IMG/VR virus record: IMGVR_UViG_3300031825_000369
Source of the DNA: a virus
Reading direction: 5' to 3' (one strand)
DNA: 64,000 nt
Below, piece by piece: positions 35,567 through 43,423 of this stretch (the first letter of the stretch is position 1; each line of letters starts with the position of its first letter). The translations under genes and the position numbers were made by a program. Below the pieces are notes generated by a model, which ran no database searches, was not told where the DNA came from, and saw nothing but the letters and a program-made list of their open reading frames with translations.

Positions 35567-36222
35567 GCGTCCTCCTTCTCGACGCGTCCGGCGTACCGAA
35601 CGCGGGCCGGTGAACCCTTGCAGCTTTCGCCGTCAAGCACGCTGCGCGCGCCACGGCACGTCTCGGCGACGATCTCCGCGTAGTCCTGACGGGCATCGAT
35701 CTCGACGTGGTCCCACAACTCGCCCGCGTGATCGGTCACAAGGATCTCGGCCTGCACGCGCGGGTCGCGCGGGCGCCACGGGGCCTCGAACACGCCAGCG
35801 CGCCACAACGGATGGCCGATGCGCTCGAAGAGGCGCGGGTCGTCCACCACCTCGATGTCGTCGTACTGCACCGTCTTGATGTCATCGCCTGAGCGGAGCG
35901 CGTAGACCCATGTGTCGTGCGCGCCGCTCAGGCGGTCGACCGGCAGCAACGCGGCGAGCCGACCGGCCGCGTCGATCACCACCAGCACGAGGCGCCCCTC
36001 GTGCACGAACGGCGCGACGTGCACGCCGGGCGGGTAGTGGAATGGTGCCGGCGTGAGCGTCAGCTCGACCGGCTGCACCCGCACGGTGCGGATGACCTCC
36101 ATGAACACCGCGTAGCCCTCCGGCGCCGCGTTCGGTGCGGCGTCCTGGCTGATGAGCGGCGCCGAGACGCGCGCGTGCCCGTTCCCGTTGCCGTTGCGCT
36201 GTGGCTTCATCGTCGTGTCCAT
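35563..36222 (-). CDS. Hypothetical protein, 219 aa
   Basis: Start MDTTMKP after GAGGG; coupled to the downstream gene. Confidence 0.6.
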   Translation of the reverse strand: MDTTMKPQRNGNGNGHARVSAPLISQDAAPNAAPEGYAVFMEVIRTVRVQPVELTLTPAPFHYPPGVHVAPFVHEGRLVLVVIDAAGRLAALLPVDRLSGAHDTWVYALRSGDDIKTVQYDDIEVVDDPRLFERIGHPLWRAGVFEAPWRPRDPRVQAEILVTDHAGELWDHVEIDARQDYAEIVAETCRGARSVLDGESCKGSPARVRYAGRVEKEDA

Positions 36223-36224
36223 GG

Positions 36225-36509
36225 TTAGGCGACCCTCGCGACCGGCTGGCATTCCTGCGCGCGGAGCCGGTCCGCTTCCTCGCGCAGGGCGCGCACGCGC
36301 GCCGTATCCGTTTCGTGCAGGGCGAACAGGTTGCCGCCGCACGTCCACCACTCCAGCCCGAGCGACTCGAGCACGCCGATCTGTGCGCGACGCTCGTTCG
36401 AGTGCGTGAAGTGGGGCATCAGCACGCGCCCCTCCGCCTTCACGCCCTCGATGTCGCGCTCCGCGTCCGCTGCCGTCCGCGGTGCGATGTCCGATTCCCG
36501 TTGCTTCAT
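36225..36509 (-). CDS. Hypothetical protein, 94 aa
   Basis: GAGGGG RBS; fills the early operon. Confidence 0.55.
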   Translation of the reverse strand: MKQRESDIAPRTAADAERDIEGVKAEGRVLMPHFTHSNERRAQIGVLESLGLEWWTCGGNLFALHETDTARVRALREEADRLRAQECQPVARVA

Positions 36510-36621
36510 TTGCGTTGACCCCCTCGAAACCAGCGGTTACGTTCCGAGCGTGGCCTTTGTGGTCACGCCCTCGAAGCCGCCCCAGCCGGGCCCTACACCC
36601 GCGCTGGGGCTTCGTGCATCC

Positions 36622-37110
36622 CTACCGTTCCAGCCTCGCCAGCTCGTGCCCCGCCGCGAGGATGTAGTCGTCGAGCACGGCGCGATGGCGGATCGCCCAC
36701 TCCCGCGCCTCGCGCACCGTGCCCGGCGTCCGCACCCTGTCCGCGATGACCTGCCGCGGGTCCGTCAGCCCTTGCACGCGCGTCTCTTCGACGAGCGTCT
36801 GATGCAGGCACAGCGACACCGGCGAGCGGCGCGCGTGCAGCTTCTCGCGGATCGCCGCGAGCACGACGAACGCGATCATCTCGATTTCCGCATCCGGCAC
36901 CCCGCCGGCGATCGCGACATCGACCGCGTGCTCGAGCCCGAGACACGGGCCCCGCTCGCCGTCGAGCACGTGCCGCAACGCCCGCGGCGTCTCCGTCCCG
37001 CGCCGGCGCCCGCGCAGCATCACGCGAATGCCTTCACGCACCTCGCGTTGAATCACCCCGCCCCGACCTGCCAGGGGCACGATTCGCTGAATCTCCGCCT
37101 CCATCGCCAT
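36622..37110 (-). CDS. Putative CII-like regulator (start 37110 or GTG 37056)
   Basis: Position downstream of the cro-like gene; helical protein. Function is inference only. Confidence 0.45.
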   Translation of the reverse strand: MAMEAEIQRIVPLAGRGGVIQREVREGIRVMLRGRRRGTETPRALRHVLDGERGPCLGLEHAVDVAIAGGVPDAEIEMIAFVVLAAIREKLHARRSPVSLCLHQTLVEETRVQGLTDPRQVIADRVRTPGTVREAREWAIRHRAVLDDYILAAGHELARLER

Positions 37111-37291
37111 CGCCCTCGATCGCTAAGGTTGGCCATCACTCTCGGTCGTGGCCGCGTCGTCGCGGGGCCCTACCCCCGCCCGTCAGCCGGACACACGCCG
37201 CACGAACCCATGTCCTTCTCTCCCGTGTCCCGAGACCCTGCCCCGCGCCTAACGCCGCACACGCGGACCATTGTTAGGCGCGCGCCGCGCG

Positions 37292-37501
37292 TCAGTCGGA
37301 CGACGCGGCCGCCACGGAGTCGCGAGAGATCACGACCTGACCGGCGCGCATTTCCGCCACCAGTTCACCCGCGATGACGCGGGTGAGCACCTTGTGGCGA
37401 GTGCAGCCGAGCGCCTCCGCCGCCTTCGGCAGGGTCATCCACCGGTCACCCATCCCCGGCGTTTTTGCCGGGGTCTTCTTGCGAGCCGCCGCAGTCGACA
37501 T
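37292..37501 (-). CDS. Cro-position DNA-binding protein (HTH_17/Xis-like), 69 aa
   Basis: WMTLPKAAEALGCTRHKVLTRVIAGEL; divergent from the repressor gene. Confidence 0.8.
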   Translation of the reverse strand: MSTAAARKKTPAKTPGMGDRWMTLPKAAEALGCTRHKVLTRVIAGELVAEMRAGQVVISRDSVAAASSD

Positions 37502-37521
37502 ATGATCCCTCAGGACGTATC

Positions 37522-37609
37522 TGCTACAGAACGGAAGCAGTTGCTACGCACTGAGTATAATGCTACGCCATGCGTACAGTCAACGTGCAATAGCTACGCA
37601 CCTGTAGCA
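37522..37609. promoter_or_regulatory. Operator array (five WGCTAC half-sites)
   Basis: TGCTAC at 37522, 37542 and 37561; AGCTAC at 37592; inverted GTAGCA at 37604; all in the AT-rich cI/cro intergenic region. Confidence 0.7.
37554..37583 (-). promoter_or_regulatory. Early lytic (PR-like) promoter
   Basis: Minus strand TTGACT-18 bp-TATACT, pointing at the cro-position gene. Confidence 0.75.
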
Positions 37610-37627
37610 CTCACCTATGCGGTTGCC

Positions 37628-38368
37628 ATGTCGACATTTGCGGAGCGCCTCGGGATGGCGCTCGTGCGGAAGGGCCATAAAACCGGAAGCCGCTACACCC
37701 AGACCGAACTCGCGAAGGCGATCGGCGTCGAGCGGAACACGGTGAACGGGTGGATGCGGCGCGGATCGTTGCCCCGGGATCCGGCCATCCTCTCGCGGCT
37801 CGCGCGAGAGCTCGACGTCAACATCCCGTGGTTGACGGAGGGCACGGGCCCGGGATTCCCCGGGAGCGTACGCCGCGACGAGGCAGCGGTCGACGCCCTG
37901 CGGGATGCGCCAAAACCGCCCTTGAGCGGCGGGGCGCGTGTGTGGATTCAGGAGGAGTTGTTGGACTACGCGCGCGCCGGGGCGACCCAGCAGGAAGTCG
38001 ACTTTGCGAAAGCGTTGCTCGAGTCCGTCCCGCTCTGGGCGTTCTACTCGAACGGCGTCGATGACTACGAGACCGAGGCGGGAGTGTTGCGCGGGCTCCG
38101 GTCAATCGGATCGCTCATTCGCTACGAGCTCCGGCTCCGGGGGCGGCCGGTGCAGACGCGCCCGTTGGTCGACTACACCGCAGCCATGTCCGCGATTCTC
38201 TCTCTCGACGAGTTCGCAGGTCCGGCGAACGCCGGACCTGCGGGCACGAAGTCCGGTGCCCCGTCCGTGTTGGGCAGCGCCGCCCAGCGCGCGGCGGCCG
38301 CGAAGCGCGAGCGGGCGGAGGAGCGGGCCGCCGAGCCGCCGCGCCGGCGACGGCCGAAAGGCGCCTAG
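37628..38368 (+). CDS. cI: CI-like immunity repressor, XRE HTH, 246 aa
   Basis: TFAERL...YTQTELAKAIGVERNTVNGWMRRGSLP...LARELDVNIPWL..G; divergent arrangement. Confidence 0.85.
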   Translation: MSTFAERLGMALVRKGHKTGSRYTQTELAKAIGVERNTVNGWMRRGSLPRDPAILSRLARELDVNIPWLTEGTGPGFPGSVRRDEAAVDALRDAPKPPLSGGARVWIQEELLDYARAGATQQEVDFAKALLESVPLWAFYSNGVDDYETEAGVLRGLRSIGSLIRYELRLRGRPVQTRPLVDYTAAMSAILSLDEFAGPANAGPAGTKSGAPSVLGSAAQRAAAAKRERAEERAAEPPRRRRPKGA

Positions 38369-38778
38369 TCCTTCATGAGTTTGAGCCGCGCCCCCGGGAC
38401 GTGTTCGTCGAGGAATTGCTGCATCTTCCGGAACATGGCCGGCCGGTACGCGCTGGCGCGGATGCGGAAGTAAGCGAACTCCTCGCCCTCGTCGTCCAGC
38501 GCTTGAATGGCGATCATCCCCGGCGGACCAGGGGTGTCGTACACGCCCCGCGGCGAGCGGTTATCCATCGCCGGCGCGGTCGCGGTCGTGATGACGGCGG
38601 GCAGGGATGCCGACTGCTCGCCGGGTTCGTACCCGGCATTAATGAGGAACTGGAGAATGCGGTCAATCTCCGCCATGGCTTCGGCGCCTGTTCGGGGGCC
38701 GTCATTGTACAACCGGCTGCCGAGCCTCGGCAATAGCCGCTGTAACACATGCCCCGGAATAGACGATTGCGAGTCCAT
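38365..38778 (-). CDS. Hypothetical protein convergent on cI (start 38778 or 38676)
   Basis: Globular C-terminal half; its stop overlaps the cI stop in CTAG. Confidence 0.5.
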   Translation of the reverse strand: MDSQSSIPGHVLQRLLPRLGSRLYNDGPRTGAEAMAEIDRILQFLINAGYEPGEQSASLPAVITTATAPAMDNRSPRGVYDTPGPPGMIAIQALDDEGEEFAYFRIRASAYRPAMFRKMQQFLDEHVPGARLKLMKD

Positions 38779-38814
38779 CGTCGGCCGCCTCTCGTCGCAA
38801 GAGTGAGGGAGCAA

Positions 38815-39294
38815 TTGACCGCGCGGGACGCCGTCGGCGCGGTGTCTGACATCACGCAGGAGGACACGGTGGGTGACCAAGCGAGCGCAGTTGACGAACT
38901 CGTGGCGGAGGCGCTGGGGTGGACGCGGAACGCGGAGGGGCGCTGGGTCCACCCCACCGGCGAGATCGCCGACAAGGTGCCGCCCTACTATCACGTGCTC
39001 GCCGCGATCGCGCCCGAATTCGAGGCGCTCGTGAACCGTGATGGACTAGACCCCACGATCACGCGAGACGTCATGCTACCGACCGGCTCGCTACGCTGGT
39101 GTGTAAGTCTCAGCCACGGCGAAAAAAAAGCCAGCGCGAAGTCGTGGGGCGATTCACTGGCCGAAGCGATGGCGCTGTCGGTCTACATGGCGGTCGGGGT
39201 AAGCCGGATACTCAAGACGGCCAACCCGGCGCCTCCGGACCCGGAACCCAAGGACACGCCCGAGCACGTCCTGAAGTTCCAGCCGCGCACCTAG
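38815..39294 (+). CDS. Phage ABA-sandwich-like domain protein, 159 aa
   Basis: GAGGGAG RBS plus TTG; DELVAEALGW...PPY...AEAMALSVYMAVG pattern. Confidence 0.55.
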   Translation: MTARDAVGAVSDITQEDTVGDQASAVDELVAEALGWTRNAEGRWVHPTGEIADKVPPYYHVLAAIAPEFEALVNRDGLDPTITRDVMLPTGSLRWCVSLSHGEKKASAKSWGDSLAEAMALSVYMAVGVSRILKTANPAPPDPEPKDTPEHVLKFQPRT

Positions 39295-39299
39295 ATCTG

Positions 39300-39914
39300 C
39301 TACGGCGTGAGCTTCCCGATCGTGTACCCGACCGTGCCACTCACCAGGCGCTCCGTCCATACGCGGAGCGTGGAGGGGCGCGCGGCCTTCAGGGCCGCCC
39401 GTAGCTGCGTCTCCACCGCGGCGTCGCGGCGGAGCTGCGCGGTGGCAGAATCGACGGCCGAGTGGAGCAGGGCGTTCGACTCGCGGAGTGCCGCGGCCTC
39501 GCGTTCCCGTTGCGCGATCACGCGCTCTTGCTCGGCAATGATGGAATCATCGGCGGCTGACTTGGCGAGGAGCGCCGCAATCGAGTCCGCGGCCGTTTTC
39601 GCTTCCCGGAGCGCCACCCGCGCGCTGTCCCGCTGTTTCCTGACCCCTGCCTCTCGCGCGGCGATCATCTGAGCCACTGAGTCGGCGATCCGCGCCCGGC
39701 GTTCCTCTGTCTCCACACGCTCCGCCAGCTCGGCGTTCGACTTCAACACGGCCGCCCGCTGTTTCGCCGCGTCGGCGGCCACGGAATCCGCGACGTGCGC
39801 TTGCATCTCTGCCCTCCCGGCCTGCTGATTGGCACGCGCGTACATCGCCAGGCACACGGCCGCCACGAGCCACGGCCATGTGTGGCGGAGGAACGTCCGA
39901 AAGACGGGGCTCAT
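39300..39914 (-). CDS. Rz/i-spanin-like protein, 204 aa
   Basis: N-terminal TM (WPWLVAAVCLAMYA), long Ala-rich coiled coil, directly after the endolysin. Confidence 0.7.
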   Translation of the reverse strand: MSPVFRTFLRHTWPWLVAAVCLAMYARANQQAGRAEMQAHVADSVAADAAKQRAAVLKSNAELAERVETEERRARIADSVAQMIAAREAGVRKQRDSARVALREAKTAADSIAALLAKSAADDSIIAEQERVIAQREREAAALRESNALLHSAVDSATAQLRRDAAVETQLRAALKAARPSTLRVWTERLVSGTVGYTIGKLTP

Positions 39915-40417
39915 TTCAGGAGCAGCCACCAGTAGACGAACACGTAGCGCTCGCCCGGCTTCCGGGGCCGCTCGATTTCTACGATGTCGGTGCCCTCGCG
40001 CGAGCCGTCCTCGTTGCTGTTCCCCTCGCGCGTCATCCACTTCCCGCTCGGCATCGGGTCGCTGTCCACGAGCCCGGCGTGCGTCGCGTTCTCCGGGTTC
40101 TCCGGATCGAGTTTGAGGAAGATCGCCCCCCGCGCCGGCGTGTCGCGCAGGATGCCCATCTTCCGCGCGTAGCGGAGCAGCACGTCACAGTTGCCGTTGA
40201 TCGGCAGCGGCCAGCGCGCTTTGCCGATCGCGTGCGCCGCCGCGTAGTGGCACGCATTGAGGCACCACGCGGAGCCGGGTGGAGAGCCCGCCCATTCGTT
40301 GATGGCATCGACGAAATAGCCCCGGTTTCCCGGCAGCTCCTTCACGGGGCTGAGCGCCGCCATCGCGCCCAGCACCGCATCGATTACCGTGACGGTGGGC
40401 AGCGCCGCGGCGCTCAT
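39911..40417 (-). CDS. CHAP-domain endolysin, 168 aa
   Basis: AWC...C..., THAGLV, TREGNSN catalytic pattern. Confidence 0.85.
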   Translation of the reverse strand: MSAAALPTVTVIDAVLGAMAALSPVKELPGNRGYFVDAINEWAGSPPGSAWCLNACHYAAAHAIGKARWPLPINGNCDVLLRYARKMGILRDTPARGAIFLKLDPENPENATHAGLVDSDPMPSGKWMTREGNSNEDGSREGTDIVEIERPRKPGERYVFVYWWLLLK

Positions 40418-40713
40418 CGCCACCCCCACCGCCACGCCGCGAGCCCGACGAGTGCGCCGAGCACGACGAACGCGACATCCCATCGGCCGAGCCCACGATT
40501 CGGCCCGGCGATGAGGAAGTGCCACACGAGCCAGATGAGCAGCGCGCCGAGGAACATCCGCATCGGCCACGGCCCAATCTTCGACCACACCCATTCGCTG
40601 AACGTGTCGCCCGGTGCCCTCCGCCAGATCGCCCGTCCCTCTTGGACCGCGAAGGCGCTCACCAGCAGGTACACGAACCCGGCCCAATAGCGGCGGTAAT
40701 CACGCGTGCTCAC
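40414..40713 (-). CDS. Holin-like membrane protein (3 TM), 99 aa
   Basis: Three hydrophobic segments, a DTFSEWVW loop and a basic C-terminus; coupled to the endolysin. Confidence 0.65.
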   Translation of the reverse strand: MSTRDYRRYWAGFVYLLVSAFAVQEGRAIWRRAPGDTFSEWVWSKIGPWPMRMFLGALLIWLVWHFLIAGPNRGLGRWDVAFVVLGALVGLAAWRWGWR

Positions 40714-40955
40714 TGCCCCGCCGGTGGCGGACCGCCACCCCTCCACGGCAGGACGCGTTGCGCGATCTCCGCGAGCCGGCCGAGAATCGCGAACACGAGA
40801 TCCCCCAGCAGGAGCGCGACGCCGAACATCGAGATGGTGAACCCGATGGCGACGTGCCCGAGGTGCAGCGCCTTGTTCAGAAACCCGTCACCGCCCATCA
40901 CGGCGATCCCGAGCAGCACGAACAGCCAGCCGAGAACCTTCTTGGTGGTGCTCAT
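40710..40955 (-). CDS. Holin/antiholin-like membrane protein (2 TM), 81 aa
   Basis: Two hydrophobic helices; in the lysis cassette. Confidence 0.6.
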   Translation of the reverse strand: MSTTKKVLGWLFVLLGIAVMGGDGFLNKALHLGHVAIGFTISMFGVALLLGDLVFAILGRLAEIAQRVLPWRGGGPPPAGQ

Positions 40956-41218
40956 CGAATCCCCTCCCGCCGCGCGCAGTCCAGGGCGATCCGCACGCGG
41001 ATGTCAGTGGTTGAGAGACAGCGGTCCAGCGCGAGCGCGGAGAGGATGTCGGCCGACTCGCGTTGCGCCGATTCGAGCGCACTCACCCGCGCCTCGAGCG
41101 CGCCGATTCGCTCCAGCGGGGACACCCAGCGGAAGCCGAGCGCGGTCGCGAGGGAGGCCGAGAGGGCGACCACATGCCAGTTCCTTTCGAGCGTGGCTCG
41201 GAGGGTCGAGCGGGTCAT
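40952..41218 (-). CDS. Single-TM coiled-coil protein of the lysis cassette, 88 aa
   Basis: TM helix, then LEARVSALESAQ coil and two Cys. Confidence 0.6.
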   Translation of the reverse strand: MTRSTLRATLERNWHVVALSASLATALGFRWVSPLERIGALEARVSALESAQRESADILSALALDRCLSTTDIRVRIALDCARREGIR

Positions 41219-41240
41219 TGCGTCAACTCACGGGGTGGAT

Positions 41241-41269
41241 GTGAAAACGGGCACCCTTGCGAGCGCCCG
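41241..41269 (-). terminator. Rho-independent terminator between the virion operon and the lysis genes
   Basis: Minus strand CGGGCGCTC-GCAA-GGGTGCCCG-TTTTCAC (9-bp stem with two G-U pairs, GNRA loop, short U-tract). Confidence 0.7.
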
Positions 41270-41332
41270 GGGGCTGGGAATCGTGACCCAGGCCCTTTAC
41301 ACGTCTCGCGGGGCTGCCCCATGCTTCACGGC

Positions 41333-41575
41333 ATGAGCGCCCCGCGCTGGTTTTATCTGGTGCTGGCTGCGTGCGCCGTGACCCTCACGGCCGCGGCGGT
41401 AATGCGAATGCGGTACGCGCCGGCCACGGATGCGTACTTCGATGCGTACCGCCGGGCGATTTGCACCGCGCACACGTGCACCCCGCTCGCCCGCGACGTC
41501 GTCCCGCTGGAAGAGTTCCACAAGCGCGACCAGCTACGCCGCTCGGCCTACGACTCATTGCCGTTTCGTCCGTAG
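41333..41575 (+). CDS. Small N-terminally membrane-anchored protein, 80 aa (superinfection-exclusion candidate)
   Basis: MSAPRWFYLVLAACAVTLTAAAVM TM segment; antisense to the flanking operons; upstream TTTACA-18-CATGCT ends 7 nt before the ATG. Confidence 0.6.
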   Translation: MSAPRWFYLVLAACAVTLTAAAVMRMRYAPATDAYFDAYRRAICTAHTCTPLARDVVPLEEFHKRDQLRRSAYDSLPFRP

Positions 41576-43423
41576 CGTCTTCGCGCGCACCGGCTGACGC
41601 GCGTTCGCCCGGATCGTCCCGATCACGTTCTCCAACCAGAGGCGCCGCTCGTCGTCGGACATCGCGGCGTACTCGGCGTCGCCGACCATCGCGGCGAGCG
41701 CCTGCATTGTCTCCCGTCCAGCGTCCCGCACGAACGCCTCGTAGTCCGCGCGCGCGATCGGCGTGCTCCGCCCCCCTTCCCGCATCGTCCGCGACGGCAT
41801 CCCGATGGAGACGCCGAGCCGGCGGAGCTCGGTCAGCACCGGCGAGTCGCTGGCCCGCCGCATTGGGAACGGGCTCGCGACGGCCGCGACCCGCTCCGCC
41901 GTCGACTTCCGCACGAACTCGCCCGTCGGGGCCTGAGCCTTCGGGAGCGCGAACGACCCGCCGGGGACCCGCGAGAGCACGCGCTCGCCTAACGTGCGGG
42001 CGTCCCGCGCGTACGGGTCCGCGGCGCGGGTGGCCTGGCCGAGCACCGCCGGCACCGGGATCTGGCTCACCAGGAGCGACGACGCGGCCCGCTCGTCGCC
42101 GAACGCATCGATGAGGCGTTTGACGCCGTCCAGGTAGCTCTGCTCGGTCAGGACATGCCCCGCCGCGAGGGCCCCGCGCACCGCCTGCTCCGGCACCCCC
42201 GCGTCCGGCTCTTCGTCGCGGATGCGAGCGAGCTGCGCGCCCATGAACAGTGGGACCGACGCGGGCCCGAGCGACAGTAGGCCGACCCAGTGATCGCCGA
42301 GGCGCACGGCGAAGGGAATGCGCCCGTCGGCCCGCCACTGGGCGCGCTCCTTCGCGTCCTCCGGCATCGGCCCGGTGATGCGCCCCTCCTTGTAGAGCGC
42401 GAGCCCGGCCGCCCACATTGCGGTCCCAACGCCGGCCGTCGCGAGCGCGCGCGCCCGTTGCGCCTGGTTCCCCAGCACGTTCGGCGACAGGAGCCCGAGC
42501 GGCGAGACGGCCGCCATCTTGTACGCGACCGACGACGGCACACCGACGAACGGGAGGTTTTGCTCGAGCATCACCGTCCCGACCTGCGCGCCCCGTTGCT
42601 TGGCGCGCTGCGCCGCCTGCGCGTAGGGCGAGGCCGCGGGATCCGGCTCGGTGTCGGCGAGTCGCCGCGTCGCCTGTTTCGCGCCGGTCGCGAGTTTCGA
42701 GAGGAGGTTGCGGTCCTTGAACGTCGCGTAATGCGCGTCGTCCGTCGCGCGCGCGAGCATCTCCTCGGTCGGATGCTCGAAGTATTGCCGCGCACGGGCC
42801 GCGCGTTCCGCCCCCGTCGCCCCCTCGCGGATCGCCAGCAGCTTGGACTGCATATAGATCGATCCGTCGAACGCCGCGCGCCAGAACGGGCGGTCCGCCG
42901 CTTCGAGCACCGCGAACGCGCCATCGACGAGCGTCTGCGTCACCGGGCTCGCGTACTTCACCCGCTCGACGTCGAGCACGTTGGTAATCGCCTCGGCGTC
43001 GAGCCGCGCCGAGAGCTCCTGGACGAAGTTGCGGACCCGCTGGCCGATCGGCTGGCCGGCCGTCGCCGCGTACGCGCCGCGGACCGGCGCCGTCCCCTGC
43101 TTGAACCCCCGCCACATCGCACCCACCCCGTCGGCGTCGAGGGCGTTCGCGACCTCGCGCAGCTCGCGAGGTTTCACGCGAAACCCCGTGCGCGCGGAGC
43201 GCCCGAGCGAGAGCAGGTAATCGACCCCCGCCTCGGCCGGCTGCAGCACGAGCGCGCGCATCCCGCCCCATGACGTGTTGCCCGCGACCGCTCGCATCGG
43301 CGTCACGAGCGAGCCCACGAACCCGGCCTTGATGGCGGTCGTGGCCTTCTCGGTGCCGGAGACGGTGCGGATCTCCGCGACGAACCGCGCGAGCTTGATC
43401 CTCGCCAGCGCGCAGGCGCTCAT
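41555..43423 (-). CDS. Large internal virion/polyvalent protein C-terminal part (LPD38-like), 622 aa
   Basis: GGAGG RBS plus ATGA overlap at 43423; SYLDGVKRLIDAF...QATRAADPYARD...LSRVPG...LP....TGE pattern. Confidence 0.7.
   Translation of the reverse strand: MSACALARIKLARFVAEIRTVSGTEKATTAIKAGFVGSLVTPMRAVAGNTSWGGMRALVLQPAEAGVDYLLSLGRSARTGFRVKPRELREVANALDADGVGAMWRGFKQGTAPVRGAYAATAGQPIGQRVRNFVQELSARLDAEAITNVLDVERVKYASPVTQTLVDGAFAVLEAADRPFWRAAFDGSIYMQSKLLAIREGATGAERAARARQYFEHPTEEMLARATDDAHYATFKDRNLLSKLATGAKQATRRLADTEPDPAASPYAQAAQRAKQRGAQVGTVMLEQNLPFVGVPSSVAYKMAAVSPLGLLSPNVLGNQAQRARALATAGVGTAMWAAGLALYKEGRITGPMPEDAKERAQWRADGRIPFAVRLGDHWVGLLSLGPASVPLFMGAQLARIRDEEPDAGVPEQAVRGALAAGHVLTEQSYLDGVKRLIDAFGDERAASSLLVSQIPVPAVLGQATRAADPYARDARTLGERVLSRVPGGSFALPKAQAPTGEFVRKSTAERVAAVASPFPMRRASDSPVLTELRRLGVSIGMPSRTMREGGRSTPIARADYEAFVRDAGRETMQALAAMVGDAEYAAMSDDERRLWLENVIGTIRANARQPVRAKTLRTKRQ

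Larger units (their letters stand above)
1370..41993. repeat. Dispersed over-represented motif (C)GTTAGG(C) / (G)CCTAAC(G), at least 26 copies per genome
   Basis: Core hexamer found by eye at 1370, 1855, 4834, 6508, 6948, 9753, 14703, 14710, 15672, 17043, 18252, 18620, 21790, 22371, 25870, 25899, 26595, 29462, 30236, 32303, 32801, 34351, 36224, 37248, 37273 and 41988. Confidence 0.8.

Noticed and set aside
39122-39129. A8 run (and G/C runs at about 3595, 4141 and 11601) as phase-variation or frameshift sites
   Set aside because: All keep their reading frames and encode ordinary Lys or Gly runs; there is no useful alternative frame.
25159-39304. Extra TGCTACG sites at 25159 and 39298 as distant repressor operators
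   Set aside because: Single half-sites, with several expected by chance; the second coincides with a stop codon.
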